Shown here: positions 33,520-35,433 of the stretch, piece after piece | How positions within the stretch are numbered: position 1 is the first letter of the stretch | Layout: the number at the start of each line of letters is the position of its first letter | Assembly (NCBI GenBank): GCA_005878325.1 | Contig: VBMR01000135.1 | Coordinates: forward strand, 1 to 35,433 | Direction of reading: 5' to 3' | DNA: 35,433 nt | From: Methanobacteriota archaeon | Lineage (GTDB): Archaea > Thermoplasmatota > Thermoplasmata > RBG-16-68-12 | The notes under the pieces: model-generated | What the model was told of the DNA's origin: nothing | The model's input: the letters and a program-made list of their open reading frames with translations, nothing else | The model's database searches: none | Program-made: the position numbers and the translations under genes

Positions 33520-33858
33520 TCAGCCGGTCAGCTGCTTGTCGAACTTGCCCGCTTGAATCTCCTTCGAGAACTCCTTCGCCGGCTTCCCCTCGACCGTGAC
33601 GCCCATGGAGACGCAGGTGCCGACGACTTCGAGCGCCCGGGCCTTCAAGGTCTTCGCAAGCGTCGCGTCGGCCTTCATGTTCGCGACCCGAATCGCCTGC
33701 GCAAGGGTCAGGTTGCCGACCCGTGTCTTCCCGGCGTCCCCCGAGCCCTTCTCAATCCTCAGCTCCTTCAGGATCAGGGCAGAGGTCGGAGGGGTGCCGA
33801 CCTCGATCGTGAAGGCCTTCGTCTTCGGATCGACGATCAGGATGACGGGGACTTTCAT
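33520..33858 (-). CDS. rpl11: Ribosomal protein uL11; the ORF as drawn lacks the conserved N-terminal region
   Basis: MKVPVILIVDPKTKAFTIEVGTPPTSALILKELRIEKGSGDAGKTRVGNLTLAQAIRVANMK... matches uL11 from the GM.VPV motif onward. The in-frame upstream codons still read IVEILKAINEKTKSFEG but have no start codon. Confidence 0.85.
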   Translation of the reverse strand: MKVPVILIVDPKTKAFTIEVGTPPTSALILKELRIEKGSGDAGKTRVGNLTLAQAIRVANMKADATLAKTLKARALEVVGTCVSMGVTVEGKPAKEFSKEIQAGKFDKQLTG

Positions 33859-33979
33859 GCCCTCAAACGATTTCGTCTTCTCGTTGATCGCCTTCAGGAT
33901 TTCGACGATACAACGACGCCCGGAAGCGTCATACGGCCATCCCGACCCCGTGTCGAAGGATCCTCAGGGGTGCGCTTGC

Positions 33980-34843
33980 CTACTTGTCCTCTTCTTTCTG
34001 GAGGACCCGCACGCTGTCGCCGCGCACGGTCACGGGGATCCTCACCATGGCCTCGAACAGTTCGACCGTGATCTCCTCTTTCGTCTCGTCGATCTTCATG
34101 ACGCGGGCCTTCTCTCCTTTGAACGGTCCGGCGACGAGCTCCACGATGTCGCCTTCCATGATTCCGCTGACGATGGGCTTCGGCGTGAGATAGGCCTCGA
34201 TCTCCGAGAACGAGATGCCCGTGGACTCGCCCTCTCCCTTGACCACGCCTCGCGCCCGTCGCAGGCCTCGGACAATCTCCTCGAGTCGATCGGGGTTCAT
34301 GCTCTCGACGTACACGTAGCCGCGGAAGTTCGCCGGGACCAGGATCGAGAAGACTCCGACGTCTTTCGCCTTGGCCCGGGCATAGATCGCGTCGGCGACG
34401 GCCCGTTCGTGACCGATCGAGCTCTTCACCGCGAGGACCGCCTGACGGGCGCTGAAACTCAGGGTCTTCGTGTCGAAGGCTCCCGGATCGCCTTTTGAAA
34501 TCGCGTTCACGACGACGTTCAGCCGGTCCCCGTATCGGGCGCCCTTCGGACAGGTGACGGTCAAGGTGATCTCCCGTTGACCATCCGCGATGAGGGCGAA
34601 CTCCTTCTCCGTCACCTTCGTGAACGTGACGTCCCAGACCTTGTCCTCGACGCCAAAGAGCTTGACGATCCACTCCGGCGGTTCCGGCAGGTCGGAGTCG
34701 TAGACCGGATCGATCTTGAGCCGGATCGTGTCGTCTTCCGTCCCGGTGTTCGTCACGACGACCGGATACTCCTTCGTCTGCCCGGCCGTGAGCGAGACTT
34801 TTTGCTCCGTCAGATCGAGTTTGACCCCGGAGTGGCCGGTCAC
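33980..34843 (-). CDS. spt5: Transcription elongation factor Spt5 (NusG) with a fused N-terminal ~135-aa beta-sandwich-like extension
   Basis: The C-terminal ~150 aa are AVLAVKSSIGHERAVADAIYARAKAKDVGVFSILVPANFRGYVYVES... (NGN domain) and GDIVELVAGPFKGEKARVMKIDETKEEITVEL (KOW domain). The N-terminal part resembles CARDB/NEW3-type Ig-like domains: VSLTAGQTKEYPVVVTNTGTEDDTIRLKI...REITLTVTCPKGARYGDRLNVVVNA. Confidence 0.85.
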   Translation of the reverse strand: MTGHSGVKLDLTEQKVSLTAGQTKEYPVVVTNTGTEDDTIRLKIDPVYDSDLPEPPEWIVKLFGVEDKVWDVTFTKVTEKEFALIADGQREITLTVTCPKGARYGDRLNVVVNAISKGDPGAFDTKTLSFSARQAVLAVKSSIGHERAVADAIYARAKAKDVGVFSILVPANFRGYVYVESMNPDRLEEIVRGLRRARGVVKGEGESTGISFSEIEAYLTPKPIVSGIMEGDIVELVAGPFKGEKARVMKIDETKEEITVELFEAMVRIPVTVRGDSVRVLQKEEDK

Positions 34844-34910
34844 CGGGGGCTCCGATTTGGATTCCGTCTTCGGCTCCCGTTTCGGCAGGTCATCGATGAG
34901 GCCCAGGGAA

Positions 34911-35171
34911 TCAACCCCCGACGGTCTGGAAGATCCCGCGAAAGAGCCCCGGCCCGTACCGCATGATCAGGTAGATGATGAAGCCGAGGGCGCCGATTGC
35001 GGCAATCCCCACGCCGGTGATCATGACAACCTTCGAGTATTCGTCGCTCGTCGGCTTGCGCGCCATCTTGAGGACCCGGCCATACTTGCCTTTGCCCAGG
35101 CGCTTCATCCTCTCTTCGATCCGACGCTGGACGTCCCAACTCTTGTCCACGATGTCCGCCATCGGCCTCAC
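34911..35171 (-). CDS. secE: Protein translocase subunit SecE (Sec61-gamma)
   Basis: [39 protein letters not shown] is the typical archaeal SecE layout. The GTG at 35171 overlaps the ftsZ stop, and an alternative ATG lies at 35162. Confidence 0.85.
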   Translation of the reverse strand: MRPMADIVDKSWDVQRRIEERMKRLGKGKYGRVLKMARKPTSDEYSKVVMITGVGIAAIGALGFIIYLIMRYGPGLFRGIFQTVGG

Positions 35172-35433
35172 CGAACGATGTCCACGGTACCGGCGCCGCG
35201 GGGGCGCAGGTGCTCTCCGGGTCCCAGGATCTGCTTCGAACGCACGCCCGTCAGGATGAGCATGACGCGGAGCTTGTGTTCGAGGCTCGGATCGACCGCC
35301 GCACCCCAGATGATCCGGGCGTTCGCGGCGATTCGGCTCTGGACGATCTCCGCTACACGTTCCGCCTCGGACACGCTCATGTCGTTGCCGCCGGTCACGT
35401 TCACCAAGGCGCCCGTCGCGCCGCTGATGTCCA
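35168..35433 (-). CDS. ftsZ: Cell division protein FtsZ, C-terminal part (5' end outside the window)
   Basis: The minus-strand reading continues to the window edge: ...[63 protein letters not shown]. This matches the FtsZ C-terminal GTPase-activating domain. Confidence 0.9.
   Translation of the reverse strand, partial: DISGATGALVNVTGGNDMSVSEAERVAEIVQSRIAANARIIWGAAVDPSLEHKLRVMLILTGVRSKQILGPGEHLRPRGAGTVDIVR

Overview
High-GC (roughly 65%) archaeal chromosomal window, euryarchaeal type: it carries the PolD large subunit, FtsZ and a stand-alone 5S rRNA, and may be Thermoplasmatota-like. Genes are densely packed on both strands, and most long ORFs in the track are antisense or GC-driven shadows of the real genes. 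From left to right the window holds: an amino-acid permease-UspA fusion (partial); a Ras/Rab-like small GTPase; an A24 prepilin/preflagellin peptidase; a solitary 5S rRNA; a roughly 1455-aa two-anchor surface protein split by a frameshift; a double-wHTH regulator plus KaiC-like ATPase operon; thioredoxin; a small basic ORF bracketed by two copies of a 20-bp palindrome; DNA polymerase II large subunit (DP2); and an 8-kb glycosylation island. The island contains a GT-C enzyme, three GT4 enzymes, a decayed GT2 stub, a low-GC methyltransferase, a methyltransferase with an in-frame TGA, and gmd. It is followed by an HTH regulator; proline dehydrogenase; an unknown 463-aa zinc-ribbon protein; a TrmB-family regulator divergent from a 44-aa peptide with 9 Cys in its last 16 residues; RNase HI; tRNA-Thr(UGU); a membrane protein with four zinc-ribbon repeats and a SAP motif; RaSEA radical-SAM; and the conserved ftsZ-secE-spt5-rpl11-(TrmB insert)-rpl1-rpl10-rpl12 cluster. 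No CRISPR array, cas gene, transposase or integrase was seen. The best candidates for novelty are the Cys-rich micropeptide module, Spt5 with a fused N-terminal beta-sandwich domain, the Zn-ribbon/SAP membrane protein, the palindrome-bracketed ORF upstream of polD, and a 5S rRNA with an extra hairpin. All calls rest on reading the translations and sequence by eye. No searches were run.
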